From Eledone cirrhosa (lineage: Eukaryota), in contig OZ024747.1 in assembly GCA_964016885.1 (NCBI GenBank), positions 31,744,001 to 31,808,000 on the forward strand: a DNA stretch of 64,000 nt. Direction: 5' to 3'. This document shows positions 50,579 to 64,000 of this stretch, one piece after another; within the stretch, counting starts at the first letter, position 1, and each line of letters starts with the position of its first letter. A program made the translations under genes and the position numbers. The notes beneath the pieces are model-generated. The model did no database searches. It was given only the letters and a program-made list of their open reading frames with translations, and was not told where the DNA came from.

Positions 50579-51534
50579 TGTTGTGTTGAGGCAAATAACT
50601 ATGTGTATACTCTGGTAATGTATCTTACATTGCCCATTGAGTGCACTGAGATACAACCGGTACTGGCATTGATAAATATGCTGGGTCCGTCAACCCTTAT
50701 TATTATTATCTCCCAACTAGCGGAATATTGAGAGTAAGTTAAACAATTTATCACTTTTTATTGTGGTTTTTGTTTTGATATGCGCTCTAATTCCTGCTAT
50801 TAATTTTATCTCTCACTCTTTTAAGTTGTGAATTAGACTGGTTATCTACGCACGTGGCTGCCACATTTCAGCTTGCTACTATATTGGTATATAATGGATG
50901 ATCGCATTTAAAGTCCATTAAAAGTTCTTGGCACTACCATTGTTACCATCGCTTTCCTCTAGCCATGGGGCTTGGAGACATGAACCGAATGCTACCATAT
51001 ATCAATGTGAACTGCTATTTCTAATAGCCATCTTTTCACCCCTTGATAATTTGTGTGTGAGACACGTTGGCCGAGTGCTTCCGACAGGAACTAATAGATT
51101 GATTCCTTTTAGCTTCCCGTCCCCACGTAAAATTTGTAAATCAGTGGCTAGTTGAGAGATAGAGTCCTATCAGTTGCCAGTTGCTAATCGCTTTACCATG
51201 TCGGTTGTCACAAACAGTCATGACCGGCATGGGCCAGTGTTTGGATTATGTCGATCGATTAGTTATTGATTAGGCGATACCCGCTGATGAAGCCGCATAA
51301 GCCAATTGTGCATTGTTGCATAATATATGCAGACAGATGGTGCAGTGCACCTTACTGCTGCATTAGTAAAGCAGAAACTCGAGTCCGGGAACCTTATAGG
51401 CATCCGTTTTACATGTGTTGTGTTGAGGCAAATAACTATGACTATACTCTGGTAATGTATCTTACATTGCCCATTGAGTGCGCTGAGATACAACCGGTAC
51501 TGGCATTGATAAATATGCTGGGTCCGTAAACCCT

Positions 51535-51540
<6 letters not shown>
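50577..51540 (+). mobile_element. Non-coding, HHR-containing insertion: 837-bp unit plus about 127-bp terminal direct repeat, between (TA)n tracts
   Basis: 50577-50703 is repeated at 51414-51540; HHR at 51280-51389. Confidence 0.75.
51280..51389 (+). ncRNA. Type I hammerhead ribozyme with an 83-nt stem II insertion
   Basis: cccg-CTGATGA-[83 nt]-GAAA-C-TCGA-G-TC-cggg; palindromic loop 3, GUC triplet. Confidence 0.65.
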
Positions 51541-51585
<45 letters not shown>

Positions 51586-52427
51586 TTTTTAGAATAGGTA
51601 CTGTGTATTCTTACATGTCATAAGAGTCTATTAAAAGGGTTGGCAACAGAAAGGGCATCTGGCTGTAAAACATTGTCCAAAACCATCCCATTCAACCCAT
51701 GCCCATATAAAAAAAGTGGATATCAAAAATATGATGATATAGAGTGAGATTGAGTGAGAACTAGACATATAGTCAGCAATACAATTAGAACAATTGCGAG
51801 ATCAATTAATTAGGAGATTAGTAGGCTGATCTTCATATGAACCATGCCAATTTGATAGATATGTGTAAGTATATGTTTTGATAGCTTTATAAATCAGAGA
51901 TACCAATTCCCCTTGTAATACAAGAAATAACAACAGTGGAATGTTTATCTATTGGCATGTTAACACTGATCTTTTAATGAGCCAACTAGGGAACTTCTAT
52001 GAAGTTGATCAGCCAGCTATAAATAGCAACTAAATCTTCAAATCAGCCCCTATCATCATCAACATCACCACCATTTAGCATCCATTTTACCATGCTTCCA
52101 TGGGTTAGATCCCCTACTAAGAATACATTGGATAATATAGTCCTCAATTAGTGAATAAATAGAATTGTTAGTGTATCAGATAGAATGCCATGCAATATTC
52201 ATTCCAGTTATCTGCACTTCAAGTTCAAACATAATTGAGATCAATTTCAATTTTATGCATTTAGGATCAATAAATAAAGCACTACCCTATATACTTGAAT
52301 ATAAGCTAAGGAATATGAGACCAAAAAATTGATGATAAAATGGGAGGTTGGCTTATATATGCGTTGATTAGGATTTGAAGGATCAAGGAAGGAATATTTC
52401 TAAATTCACTGTATCTGAATAATAAAT

Positions 52428-52760
52428 CTGAAGGCCCCTGCTCATATGTCTTTGATCATAAGACTGTTTGCTCAGATGTGACCTTGGGCTAAACATCAGC
52501 AGAATCTAGTCTATATAGGAAAATTACAAGAGCTAGTTCATGTATTCTTTTAAGCCATTATTTCAGTATTCTTTTAAGCCATTATTTCAAATAGGCCTCT
52601 TCGTGTGAAGGTCCCTGCTCATATGTCTTTGATCATAAAACTGTTTGATCTTAGCTGACCAGGGGCTAAACAAAAACAGAAGCTAGTTCATTAAGGAAAA
52701 TGCACAATAGCTAGTGCATGTATTCCTTTGTGCCATTATTTTAAAGGAGCCTCTTCATTA
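52428..52760 (+). repeat. Diverged tandem duplication (about 178-bp period)
   Basis: tgaagg(c/t)ccctgctcatatgtctttgatcataa at about 52430 and about 52606. Confidence 0.75.
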
Positions 52761-54407
52761 GTCATGGATAATCTAAGAGACTTAGATGACCTGTGGGCCT
52801 TTGTGACTTTTTGTAGGAAACTTGTAATGTAAAAATGATATTAATAATAACTTATAATAGTAATTTTATAACAATGCTTAGGTCTGATTGTTCAATATCA
52901 TCACTATTATATGTCTGCTTTTTTTCATGTTTATATGGGTTGAACAAGACTTTTTGAGTCAGTTTTCTATGACTAAATTCCCTTCCTTATGTAAGAGGTT
53001 ACCAAGATAAATACAAAATCAATGAGAGAAAAGTAAAGGAAAATAGTGGGTGAGAGCTGATATTTTTACTATAAATTTTCTGATAAAAGAACATCTAGAA
53101 TAATGATAATTATATGCAAATTTTTCAATATTATATGAATAATTTTGTAACATTTTGGTATATAGTTTCATCATTTATAATAAAATCTTTAGAGGAACCA
53201 TTAAACTGTTTAGTATTACAGGTGAACATGGTTACCATTGATTTAGTGTCAGTATACTTAAATACAGAACTATATTGAAGACATAATTGAGATTGTAAAT
53301 AGTTTCATTATCAAATACTTCTGGTTTTTAAATACTAACATTATTGGATGTCAAAATAAATTAAAAAATAATCAATAAGGATAACAGAAACGAAAAGTGA
53401 TAAACATTACTCAGAAATATAGGTTGAAACACTGTCAAATACAACACCAGTAATTGAACCAAATAATTGATCCTGCATGAATTGAAAACTAATGTACTTT
53501 GGAAAATAACCTTCACTAAAGTGCTGGTGTGTCATGTTTGTTATTTCAATGATATTCATCATTCTCGATATATATGTTTGTATTGGGAGAAGTAAAATAT
53601 TCAATACTGAAAGTATTTAAAGAATAAAAGTATACAATAACGAAAGTATTCAAAGGATAAAAATATTCAATAATGAAATTATTTAAATAATTGTTTCTAC
53701 TTTTGGCACAAGGCCAGCAATTATCCAGTGCATTACTGGTACTTCATTTTAGCGACCCCGTAAAGATGAAAGGCAAAGTTAACCTCAGCGGGATTTGAAC
53801 TCAGAATGGCAAGGGCCGTAACTCTATGCGTCAAAGCATGGCGTCCAACCCTCTACCCATACTGCCAATCCACTGCCTTAATAATAAAAATCCACTTAAA
53901 TAATAAAGTATTTGGAGGAACATGGCTTAGTGGTTAGAGCATTGGCCTTGCAATCGAAAGGTTGTGAGTTCAATTCTCAGACCAGCTGATGTGTTGTTTC
54001 CTTGAGCAAGACACTTTATTTCACATTGCTCCAGTTTACTCAGCTGTAGAAATGAGATGATAGGGACTGGGGTCCCTATCATTCCACTGCAAAGTGGTCG
54101 TGGAGGTGCCACAGCAAAAAAAAAAAACACCCAGCCCACACTGTAAAGTGGATGTGTAGGCACCACGGAAAAAAAGCACCCAGCACTCACTGTAAATGAG
54201 GTTGGTGTTAGGAAGGGCATCCAGCTGTAGAAATCAAGCCAGAATCAGTTCCTGTCCAACCCTTGCAAGCAGGGAAAAGCGGACGTAAAATGAAATGAAA
54301 TGATGATGAAATGATTTGATAATGAAATTATTTATATTCTTGATTACATCTTCAGTATCCTTCTATAGCAGTGCTCTCATTACTGTTTTGGGGTTGGAGA
54401 GGCTTAA

Positions 54408-54615
54408 CCCTTTAGCATTGAAACCAGCCATATCCAACCAGAATTCTCTCACCTCTATCTGTTCAAACTGGCCATAACCAGCTGCTCATACTTATGTTAA
54501 GGTATTGTTTGCAAAATAAGTAATATCAAAATCTCATAAATTTGATATTATGTCAGATAAAACCTTTACTGTGAAAATATAATAGTAAATATAGAGTAAT
54601 TTAAATGCTAAAGGG
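54408..54615. mobile_element. piggyBac-type MITE
   Basis: TTAA-ccctttagcatt...aatgctaaaggg-TTAA: 12-bp perfect TIR with TTAA target duplication. Confidence 0.8.
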
Positions 54616-55847
54616 TTAAATATATATACTGCACATGTGTATTATTATTATTATTAGCTAACGCTTTTTTATCACCAATGTGAGACTAATAAAGAAATTA
54701 AAAACATGATCATACTAACATATTTAGAGTCAAATGAAAATCAGTGTAATAAAAACCAAAGCACAAGTATATTGAAACAAATTATTTTTAACTAACAAAA
54801 CTTTAAGATAATTCAACAAGTTTCTACATTATTGGGGAGGGGGGGGGGCTTAAGCCCCAAAAGCCCCTTAGTGCTGGAAGGCTTGTATAGTTTAGGTTAA
54901 TGACATTAAATCAATGAAACATGTTTGTCGATTAGTACCAACCATTCAATGGAGCAATAAAAATATCAGTTGAAATGCTGTCATTTGTGACAGCAAAAAT
55001 GTCTGCATGTTTATGTGTTGTAGCCCATTATTTTCAGCAGGAAGTGGGTACTATTACATTTATAAATTATTGGGTCTCTGCTTTATGTCTCAGACAAATG
55101 TAAAATATTTTGGTATTGAATACCAAGTGTGATGTCTGTAAATAAGAAATTTATCGAAGGTTTCACCTATAATTTTGAACAGATACCCAATTCTTTGTAA
55201 TTAATAAAACTATTATTATTTTCGATGACACAGGTACACATGTCCTACTTCATCAATTTTTGTACATTATAATGTCGCTAAAGATGCAAGGATAGTAAGA
55301 AATTAGGGATTACAGTAAATTAATTAAATGCTCAGATTGTAGTAAATATATTTATGTCTATATAATAAATGTAGCTTAAACAAATTCATCGCTATTCTCT
55401 TATTTGATATTCTTTCTTATTGAGATATGTGTAAGATTAATATATATCAGTATAAACTAGTAAGACCATTATTCAACTGAGTACTCAATACTTGTGATAG
55501 TAGACCATGACTATATTAGAAAGTGTCAGGGAAATCAGCTGTTGAAATGGCAAGAGCTCAGCTGTTGGGTCCTGACTCTCTCTAATATATATATATATAT
55601 ATTTAATTAGAAAGTGAACAACACAGTATATGACTACTCCAAAGGTTTCAGGACCCTAGGCAATATTAATATACATCTAGATCGTTCATCAGACAGCTCT
55701 GTTCTATAGATAGAGCACTCTTTTTTCCTTTGCTTTTTCTTTGAAATTACCTAACACACACACACACACACATCTATATATATATATAACAGTTGGTAGC
55801 AGGGAAAGCAGACATTAAAATGACAATGATGATGATAATGATTATGA

Positions 55848-55919
<72 letters not shown>

Positions 55920-57799
55920 CTGGTATATGCATGTTTATGGTAGGGACAATAACAACGTTGGAACTACATGTAGTCTTCAGGAAATAATTCCAAGATCAAA
56001 TGATGACTGTCAGTGCTTTTGTAGTAAGTTTTCATCATAAAATATTCCATTGTGCATTCTAAAGAAGCTACAGATTCATATATTATCAATGCTAACAGTT
56101 CACTTGTGAAAGTTTTGCCAATAAGAGAGAGAGAGAGAGGGGGGGGAGATCTTTTATTTAATATGATTTAGGCTGCACAGAAGAAGGAAAATCAAATTTA
56201 TCAAGATAAAATACTCAAATGGAAAAAATAACAAACAAAACCTAAATGTTAACAGAAAAGACATAAAGCAAATCTTTTATTTACAAAGGGCTCCTCCTTC
56301 CTCTTCAATAATTCTTGAAGCATTCAATGTACATCCTACTCATTAACTTTACACACTCCCATCAGGACTTCCTGACCCACTACCAAAATCAACTACCTGA
56401 ACTGTAAAATTTGTCCTGCTTTATGGACCAAAAACATCATCACCAAACCACAATTAATAACTCCAATAACAACAATGACAACAATATCACATATATATAA
56501 GGAAATGAATAAAAAAAAAATGAATAGCACATGAAATTTAGAAAAATAAATATGGACCAAAAACCTAAAAAACTACAATAACTCAAAACAACAACGATGA
56601 GTAACAATAACAGATAAATAAATAAATATGTAAATGAAAAGAAAAATATGAATATCAAAAGAAATTTAGAAAAATAAATATGGAAAGTAAATAATGAAAT
56701 AAATCAATGCTTGTGTGACAGCTGAATCATGAAGTAAAGTGTGACAAACCAGTCACTGCATGTTAATAGAAAAGGGAATTTAGGAGCTCATAAATAGTTG
56801 TCAGAGGTTGTGTTTATTTTTATGGGATATAGTTTTATGTTATATTTTGTTTGCAGTGCAATTAGTCAGTTGACAGGCAGTGTTAGGGATTAAATTATTC
56901 AAATGCTAATTGAATATTTAAAAACAGCTGAAATCAAATACCAGTAACTAATCATCTGTTTACCTCTGTACAGGTAATACGGCCCTTTACAGTCTGAGTT
57001 CAAATCCCGCCGAGGTTAACTTTGCCTTTCATCCTTACGAGGTCGATAAAATAAAGTACCAGTAATGCACTGGGTATTTGCTGGCCTTGTGTCAAAAGTA
57101 GAAACAATTATTTTCTTCATAGTTTGTCTATCCATTATTTAAGATATTTGTATATACATGTATCTACATGTGTATATACATGTATCTACATGTATATACA
57201 TATGTATGTAAATAGGAGAAAGGCATACGTGTAGACATGGTAGTGTGTTTAAGAAGCTCACTTTGCAACAAACTAATGTTGGTTTTGATTCTGCTGCTTG
57301 CAGGCCCATGCAAAGTTGGTAACAGACACAACCAAAATTTGAAATGCAGGCTACATTCATTATTTATTTATTTAATCAATTTAAAAGTCTGTACAGAGCT
57401 AGTAAGACAAGACAGGCTAACAGAAGTATTTAGAACTTCTTACTCTTGAGAAATAAGATATACCAAGATGAACGAAATATTTTTAAAAAAATTAGATTTA
57501 AAAAAATATTACCATAAAACGAAATAAAATAAAATGGCATTTTAGCAATTGATTTTAAATATGTAAATAAGATTTAAGTCGGGGTTACAAAACAGAATGG
57601 AAGAAGTGTGATTTGAGGCAAGTAGGCTTACTCAGAATCATAGATCTTCACTAAAAGGCTTTGCCTCAAATCAAACCCGATTGCACTACATCTTAAGCAA
57701 ATGTTTATCTCAATTTCAGGCTGATGGGTTTTGGTTGTATGTTTTATCAAACTGTTATTTTGTTGCCAGGCAGATAAATTTATTTTACTATCATAGGCC

Positions 57800-58118
57800 C
57801 CCCCATTGGTCATGAAACCATGGTTTTGCACCTGGAAAGTTCCCCTTGGAGGTACAAGCCTGGACAAGGTGTTTTTGTGGAAGTCGCCCATACATACCAG
57901 TCTCACCTCTCCATGCCACCAATGTTGTCCAAGGGAAAGGCAAAGGTTGATATAGCTTGGCACTACTGATGTCGCAATTCATTTCTACAGTTGAGTGAAC
58001 TGGAACAACCTGAAATAGAGTGTTTTGCACAAGAATACAACACACCACCCTTCTGGGATTCGAACTAACAATCTTATGATTGTGAGCTCAATGCTCTAAC
58101 CACTAAGCCACCTGCTTT
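57800..58118 (-). mobile_element. Older tRNA-derived SINE related to the 18259 family
   Basis: Minus strand ggtggcttagtggttagagcattg...ttcgaatccc...ttcttgtgcaaaacactctatttca..ttgttccagttcactcaactgtagaaatg. Confidence 0.65.
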
Positions 58119-60404
58119 TACAATTTAGATGGGACAATAAACCATTCCAGTGATAGTTCTGAGCAATAGACAAATACAATTAAGTGGAACTTACTAGATA
58201 ACCTGCTGGATGTAACTCCAAATATGATGATGATGATATATATATATATATATACACATTGAGTATATAGACATGTAAACATCAAATGTTATGTATCAGT
58301 AGTGACTGTAACACTCTGGCTAGTGAGGCTTAGATGGAATAACCAAATTATTGTTATCTCAGAATAGTATGTTTACTCTTGTCTTTAGCAGTCAGACTGA
58401 TAAATTCTAAACTAAACTACTTACAATAAAATAATCCCAAATGGTTTTAATTAAATATTCAAGAAAAATGTAGCTTTGTTTCAACATTATAACATTAATA
58501 TCAACAACATTTCATTTATCAGCTCAAGCTTCCAAAACTTGCACAATAAAAAATGACAGAGCTATAATGAAAAGGTTGAGTTCAGTATTGTGTAAGTTTT
58601 AGATATTTCACCATCATGTAAATTATATTGATGAGATGTGTGATGTGTATACTGTGCAGTCATTTGTGTTGGTACATACATGTGTACAAAAATCTGTAAT
58701 GGTTTTAATTCCCTAATTTTCAAGAAATATAACTTTGCTTACAACTTCCTAACAATTCTTGTTCATAAAATGTATATATGTATTTATTAATGTATGCTTA
58801 GGGAAGTAAATGAAATCCACATGCCACCAGCATAAATGAAAGTTAAGGGTCAGTTGACCTTGACAGGATGAAGATGACATTGCCCTGGATAATGGTGAAG
58901 GAGACATGCTAGCACTACATGGGGCTTGCACCTGCAGGCAACCAACACTGCTTTGATAGCAGTGAGTAGGGATGTCATCCAGGGGTCAAGACCTCCAGAA
59001 TTCACCTAACTAAAAATGATGGTTTGAATAAATTTGAATAATAATATATGAATAAACTTTTCTGATCTGAACCTTGGAATCAGAAAATGTTGCTATTTAA
59101 ATTGAACCAACTTTCATATAAAACATTTCAGTCTAAGATACTTTTATAACAATGGAGGATGAGTAGCAAAATATGTTTTCTGATTTTAAAATAATCTGGA
59201 TGATGGAGCAGCTATAACAACAGGCGATCACCATGAGATACAAACAAAATTGAAGGAGAAAAGGTTTAAATATGGCAATTTTATTCATTTTGTGTACATA
59301 AACTTAATGTAGTTTTGAAATGCACTTTTCAGATTTCCTTGTAAACCTTTTATGTCTGACACCATTCTGAATCAATAGCAGCACATTGTGTCACACACTG
59401 ATGGAATGCTGATAATATAATCTCTAAAATCAATTTTCTGCTTTGTATTTCAGGATGTAAGTTTAAAACAGCATAAATGAAATAAAAATACATAATAATA
59501 ATTATTTCTGATTTATGCACAAGGCCAATAATTTTCTTTGTTCTTGGGGATGGAAAGTTGATTAAAGCGATCCCAGTGAATTACTGGTACTTTATTTTTT
59601 CAACCCAGTAAAGATGAATTGCAAAGCTAACCTCAGTGGGATTTGAACTCGGAATATAAAGGGTCATAACTATATGCTGCAAAGCATGTTGTCTGATGCT
59701 CTACCAATACTGCCAATCCACTGTCCTTTAATAATAGTAATAATTGTTTCTACTATAGGCACAAGGCCAGCAATTTGAAGGGGAGGGGAAAGTCTATTAA
59801 CTCAATCCAAGTACTTACTGGTACTTTATTTTATCAACCCCGTAAGGATGAAAGGCAAAGCTAACCTTGGCGGGATTTGAACTCAGAACATAAAGGGTTC
59901 TAACTATATGCTACAAAGCTTGTTGTCTGATGCTCTGCTGACATTGCCAATCCACTGCCCTTTCATTATAATAAAAATAATAATGATAATAATTTAACTC
60001 TATTGACTTTCTCAACAGTTTTCAACCTGTAATAGAATTCTAGAATTCCTAAGATGCACAATGAGCAAAGAATGGTTATCATCACTTCTATCAGGAAACT
60101 GATACTTGTTATTTTTTTTATTTTAACAACAAAAATTGTGATACGATATTAAAGGAATTTGTGTTGAAATTTATGTTTAAATAAAGTGTTTATTTCTTAT
60201 AAGAATTCATACATTTAAATTTTGTATGTTCTATTCCAGTGTCCGGGCATTGCTATTCAAAGTTTCATAGCTGTGTCCAAACATTCAAGATGAATCACAC
60301 GCAAACATATACATCACTATATATTTATATATATAGTGATGTATATGTGAATATATGTAGAGCATGTATATGTGAATGTATATGTAGAGAATATATGTAG
60401 AGAA

Positions 60405-61045
60405 AATATCTGGTAGAGACTGTTGAGAAGCCAGAGAGGATCACTAATGTAGGCGGGAAGCCGCTAGAATTGGTTGAGGACTTCCTGTATCTGGAGGCAA
60501 AGATTGGGAATACGGAAGATGTGGTTGAGAAGAAGAGCAAAGCCTGGGCGGTGTGCCACAGCTTGAGATCAGTGTGGAAGTCGGACCTTCGTAAAGACCT
60601 GAAAATCCGCCTCTTCATTGCTGTAGTGGAGTCTGTGCTGCTGTACGGGTCTGAGACTTGGACACTGACCAAGAAACGCACTCAGATGGTGGATGGGTGC
60701 TACACGGGAATGCTGAGGATGGCTCTGAACATTAATCAGTATACACTGAGGATGAAGAACTCAGAGCTGTACGGGAGCCTCCCAAAAGTCAGCTCAAAAG
60801 GGACACAGAGGAGACTGAGGTTAGCTGGACATGCTCACCGACATCCAGAGTTGACACTGCACTCAGTGCTCCTGCGGGAGCCCCTACATGGACACACTGG
60901 AAAAGGAGGACCAAGGTTAACGTATGTTGATGCCCTAAGGACTGACACTAGTCTGTTGGAGACGCAGAACATGGCAGCGATAATGAGGGACAGAGACCGC
61001 TGGAGAGAACTTGTCCATGGATCTTGGGAATTTTACCCACCCTAG
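60405..61045 (+). mobile_element. RTE-like LINE 3' fragment with an open frame
   Basis: ORF 60470..61045: VEDFLYL...LKIRLFIAVVESVLLYGSETWTLTK...RLRLAGHAHRH...MRDRDRWR. Confidence 0.85.
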
Positions 61046-62539
61046 AATATATATATATATATATATATATGCATACACAAACGTGAATATTGATTCATCT
61101 TTATAATATGAATACGATGAATACGTACAGACAGATGTACATATAAACAAATCATTACACATTTATATTCATGAGTTCAGTTTAATCTTAAGAATAAATG
61201 CCTACATATATTCACATATATCATTAATATTAATAAATGGAAAATATCTTTATAAAACCATATTCATTTTATTATACGTATTTCAGGGGTACTAATATTT
61301 TAGTAAATTATAAATATTGTGAAATGTTCTGGAGAATCGATGCAAACAAGAATTAAATATTTCCTACTTTTTTTAAATAATTGTTTCTACTTTTGGCACA
61401 ATGCCAGAAATTACCCATTGCATTGCATTACTGGTACTTTATTTTATCGACTCCGTAAGGATGAAAGGCAAAGTCAACCTCGGCGGGATTTGAACTCAGA
61501 TCGTAAAGGGACATAACTATGCTGGAAAGCATGGCGTCCGACCCTCTACCGATACTGCCAATCTACTTTTTTAATAATATTACCAAGATAGGTAATTATA
61601 TGAAAGATTTCTTCAATACAGAATGACAAATTCTTGCTTATATCTACTACTATGAATATAGCCCAAAATATTACTAGAATTAATAATAGGAATTTAAAAT
61701 TAACACTAGAGTTATCTTCCCCTTAATAAAAGTTTGTTTACGAGACATTCAAATTTTACATAAATGCTTAAATTTATATTACTAACCTTATACAATAATA
61801 GATTAAACATAATACTTTACATCTTTATTTTAAAAAAATATAATTTCTTTCACATTCTTAAGGTATATATAAAAAATACATATATATTATCGCTTGATAT
61901 ATCTTACGCTCATTTATAATTCTATGTCTATAGATAAGATATAGATTCGATTTAGATTCACGCATAATTATTTATGTACTAAATAATTTTTTTAATAACG
62001 ATATACAATAATGTCTTATACTGCAATACATTATATTTATAACTGCACTCATCACAATATTGAAATATATGTGTAAAATATATCCATCCATATATCTAAA
62101 TACAGGGTATATTTCACATTATATTGTAATTACTTTAATAAATTAACAGTTCTAATCTAATACATTACTTTATAACTCTCACCTAAATGTTATAAATACT
62201 TCCATATTCTTAAAATATATTATAAAAATAAATAAATAACTAAATATAATTATATCACTCTTTCTATACCCATGTAAATATGTTTGGGTGTATATATGCA
62301 TATTTCTATAAATAATCCTAAATTAACTTTACAATATTTTTTCAAATTTTATAGCAAACTCTTAAAAAGATTTTAGATAAATATTTAAAATCTATCTAGT
62401 GTCTAAACTTAACGGTCCTTTTCAGTTTTAACGTTCTCCTCATTAGCATATTTCCCCTGAGTTTTGAAAAATTATATTCACTATCTTCATAACATGAAGT
62501 TCACATGAAGATATGTCACTATCTTTACACCAATTATTC

Positions 62540-62600
62540 TATTTTATCTGACGAAAGCGTACTAAAATATTAGTACCGTTGAAATACGTATAATAAAATA
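62540..62600 (+). ncRNA. Minimal type I hammerhead ribozyme with palindromic loop 3
   Basis: tattttat-CTGACGA-aagc-gtactaa-aata-ttagtac-cgtt-GAAA-T-ACGT-A-TA-ataaaata; 8-bp stem I. Confidence 0.8.
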
Positions 62601-62772
62601 AATATGGTTTTATAAAGATATTTTCCATTTATTAATATTATTGATATTAATGATACTCCAGATAAAACCGTTGAGTGCTTCTAGCCTGTTGTAAATTAAC
62701 TTTGTTGAATAATCAACAAACCAAATAACTCATTGTTTATACATTCATATATATGTAACTGTTGTGTTTCTA

Positions 62773-62853
<81 letters not shown>

Positions 62854-63582
62854 ATAATAATAAATTTGAAGACTGAAATCCCAAAAGGGCTCGATAAGAA
62901 TAAATATATATCAAATATATAAGAACCGCAGAGCAAATATTAAATATTTATTAAAATAACAGATTAAAGTTTAAGCAAAGAATCGCTGCTTTCACCCTTA
63001 ACGGGGTCTTCTGAAACTAAAAAAATAAATCTGTGAACGCAGAAGTAAATATTTCGAAAAACCTTGCAGCCGAAGGAAGACAGGAAGACGATACTTCGGT
63101 TCGTGGAAACGTTCCCTGGCAATGAACGAAAAAAAAAAAAAAACGAAGATAATACGTCATTATTTGGAGCGGAGAAAACAATTACACGCAAAGACAAAAC
63201 CACGTTTATGGTATAACTGAAGTCGTAGACTAAAATTCTATTTAGGAAACAGAATGATTCTCGGATTCAGAGTTAAGAATAATGTAAATAAATTACAGAG
63301 GTAATTGAAATCAACAAAAATTAAATATAAACATGCACGCATCCATATATGTACATACACATGCATACGCGAAAACACCCACCATGGGTATGCAAATACA
63401 AGCACATACACCAAAAAATACGCACGCACATACACAACCCACGCAACGCCTGTACCCACACACATACGAACGTATACACCAAATTCACATAAAATATATA
63501 TATACAAAAATATATATATATATGTGTGTGTGTGTGGGTGTATACATATAATTATATAAACGTATATAAATATACACACAGT

Positions 63583-64000
63583 TATACCATAAACGTGGTT
63601 TTGTCTTTGCGCGTAATTGTTCTCCCGCATCACATAATGACGTATTATCTTCGTTTTTTCCGTTCATTGCCAGAGAACGTCCATGAACCCCCTAATAGAA
63701 TATTAGTCTACGACTTCATTTATACCATAAACGTGGTTTTGTCTTTGCGTGTAATTGTTTTCACCGCTCCAAATATTGACGTATTATCTTCGTTTTTTTC
63801 GTTCATTGCCAGAGAACGTCCATGAACCCCCTAATAGAATATTAGTCTACGTCTTCATTTATACCATAAACGTGGTTTTGTCTTTGCGTGTAATTGTTTT
63901 CACCGCTCCAAATAATGACGTATTATCTTCGTTTTTTTCCGTTCTTTGCCAGGGAACGTCTCCACGAACCAAAGTATCGTCTTCCTGTCTTCCTTCGGCT
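63583..64000. repeat. Tandem repeat (138-139 bp, three units) that is the inverted copy of about 63066-63240
   Basis: tataccataaacgtggttttgtctttgcg at 63583, 63721 and 63860; reverse complement of the repeat family at 62960-63240. Confidence 0.9.

Overview
AT-rich, repeat-saturated eukaryotic non-coding DNA. The tRNA-derived SINE family, RTE LINEs with (ATG)n tails and dense (TA)n/(CA)n tracts resemble an octopod cephalopod genome (recognition from memory, not a search). No host protein-coding exon can be supported; most ORFs in the track are microsatellite read-throughs or antisense frames of transposons. Identified elements: several RTE-clade LINE copies (two near-identical, about 2 kb, in inverted orientation), an R4/Dong-like restriction-like endonuclease 3' end, at least four GIY-YIG/RT fragments of Penelope-like elements (PLEs), mariner fragments, Helitron-like ends, a piggyBac-type MITE, a probable solo LTR and many SINEs. 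The main hidden signal is a population of type I hammerhead ribozyme (HHR) motifs from several distinct families, two of them with compensatory base changes between copies. They lie in PLE pseudo-LTR fragments inserted in (TA)n. These insertions form greater-than-unit-length tandem arrays (423-bp x2.25 with one HHR per unit; 837-bp x1.15 with an HHR carrying an 83-nt stem II insert), as expected for retrozyme-like circular RNA templates. They also form fold-back palindromes whose junctions repeatedly fall in or next to the ribozyme. A consensus recursive-splicing-like AG|GTAAGT site on the minus strand suggests the window may lie in a very long intron.
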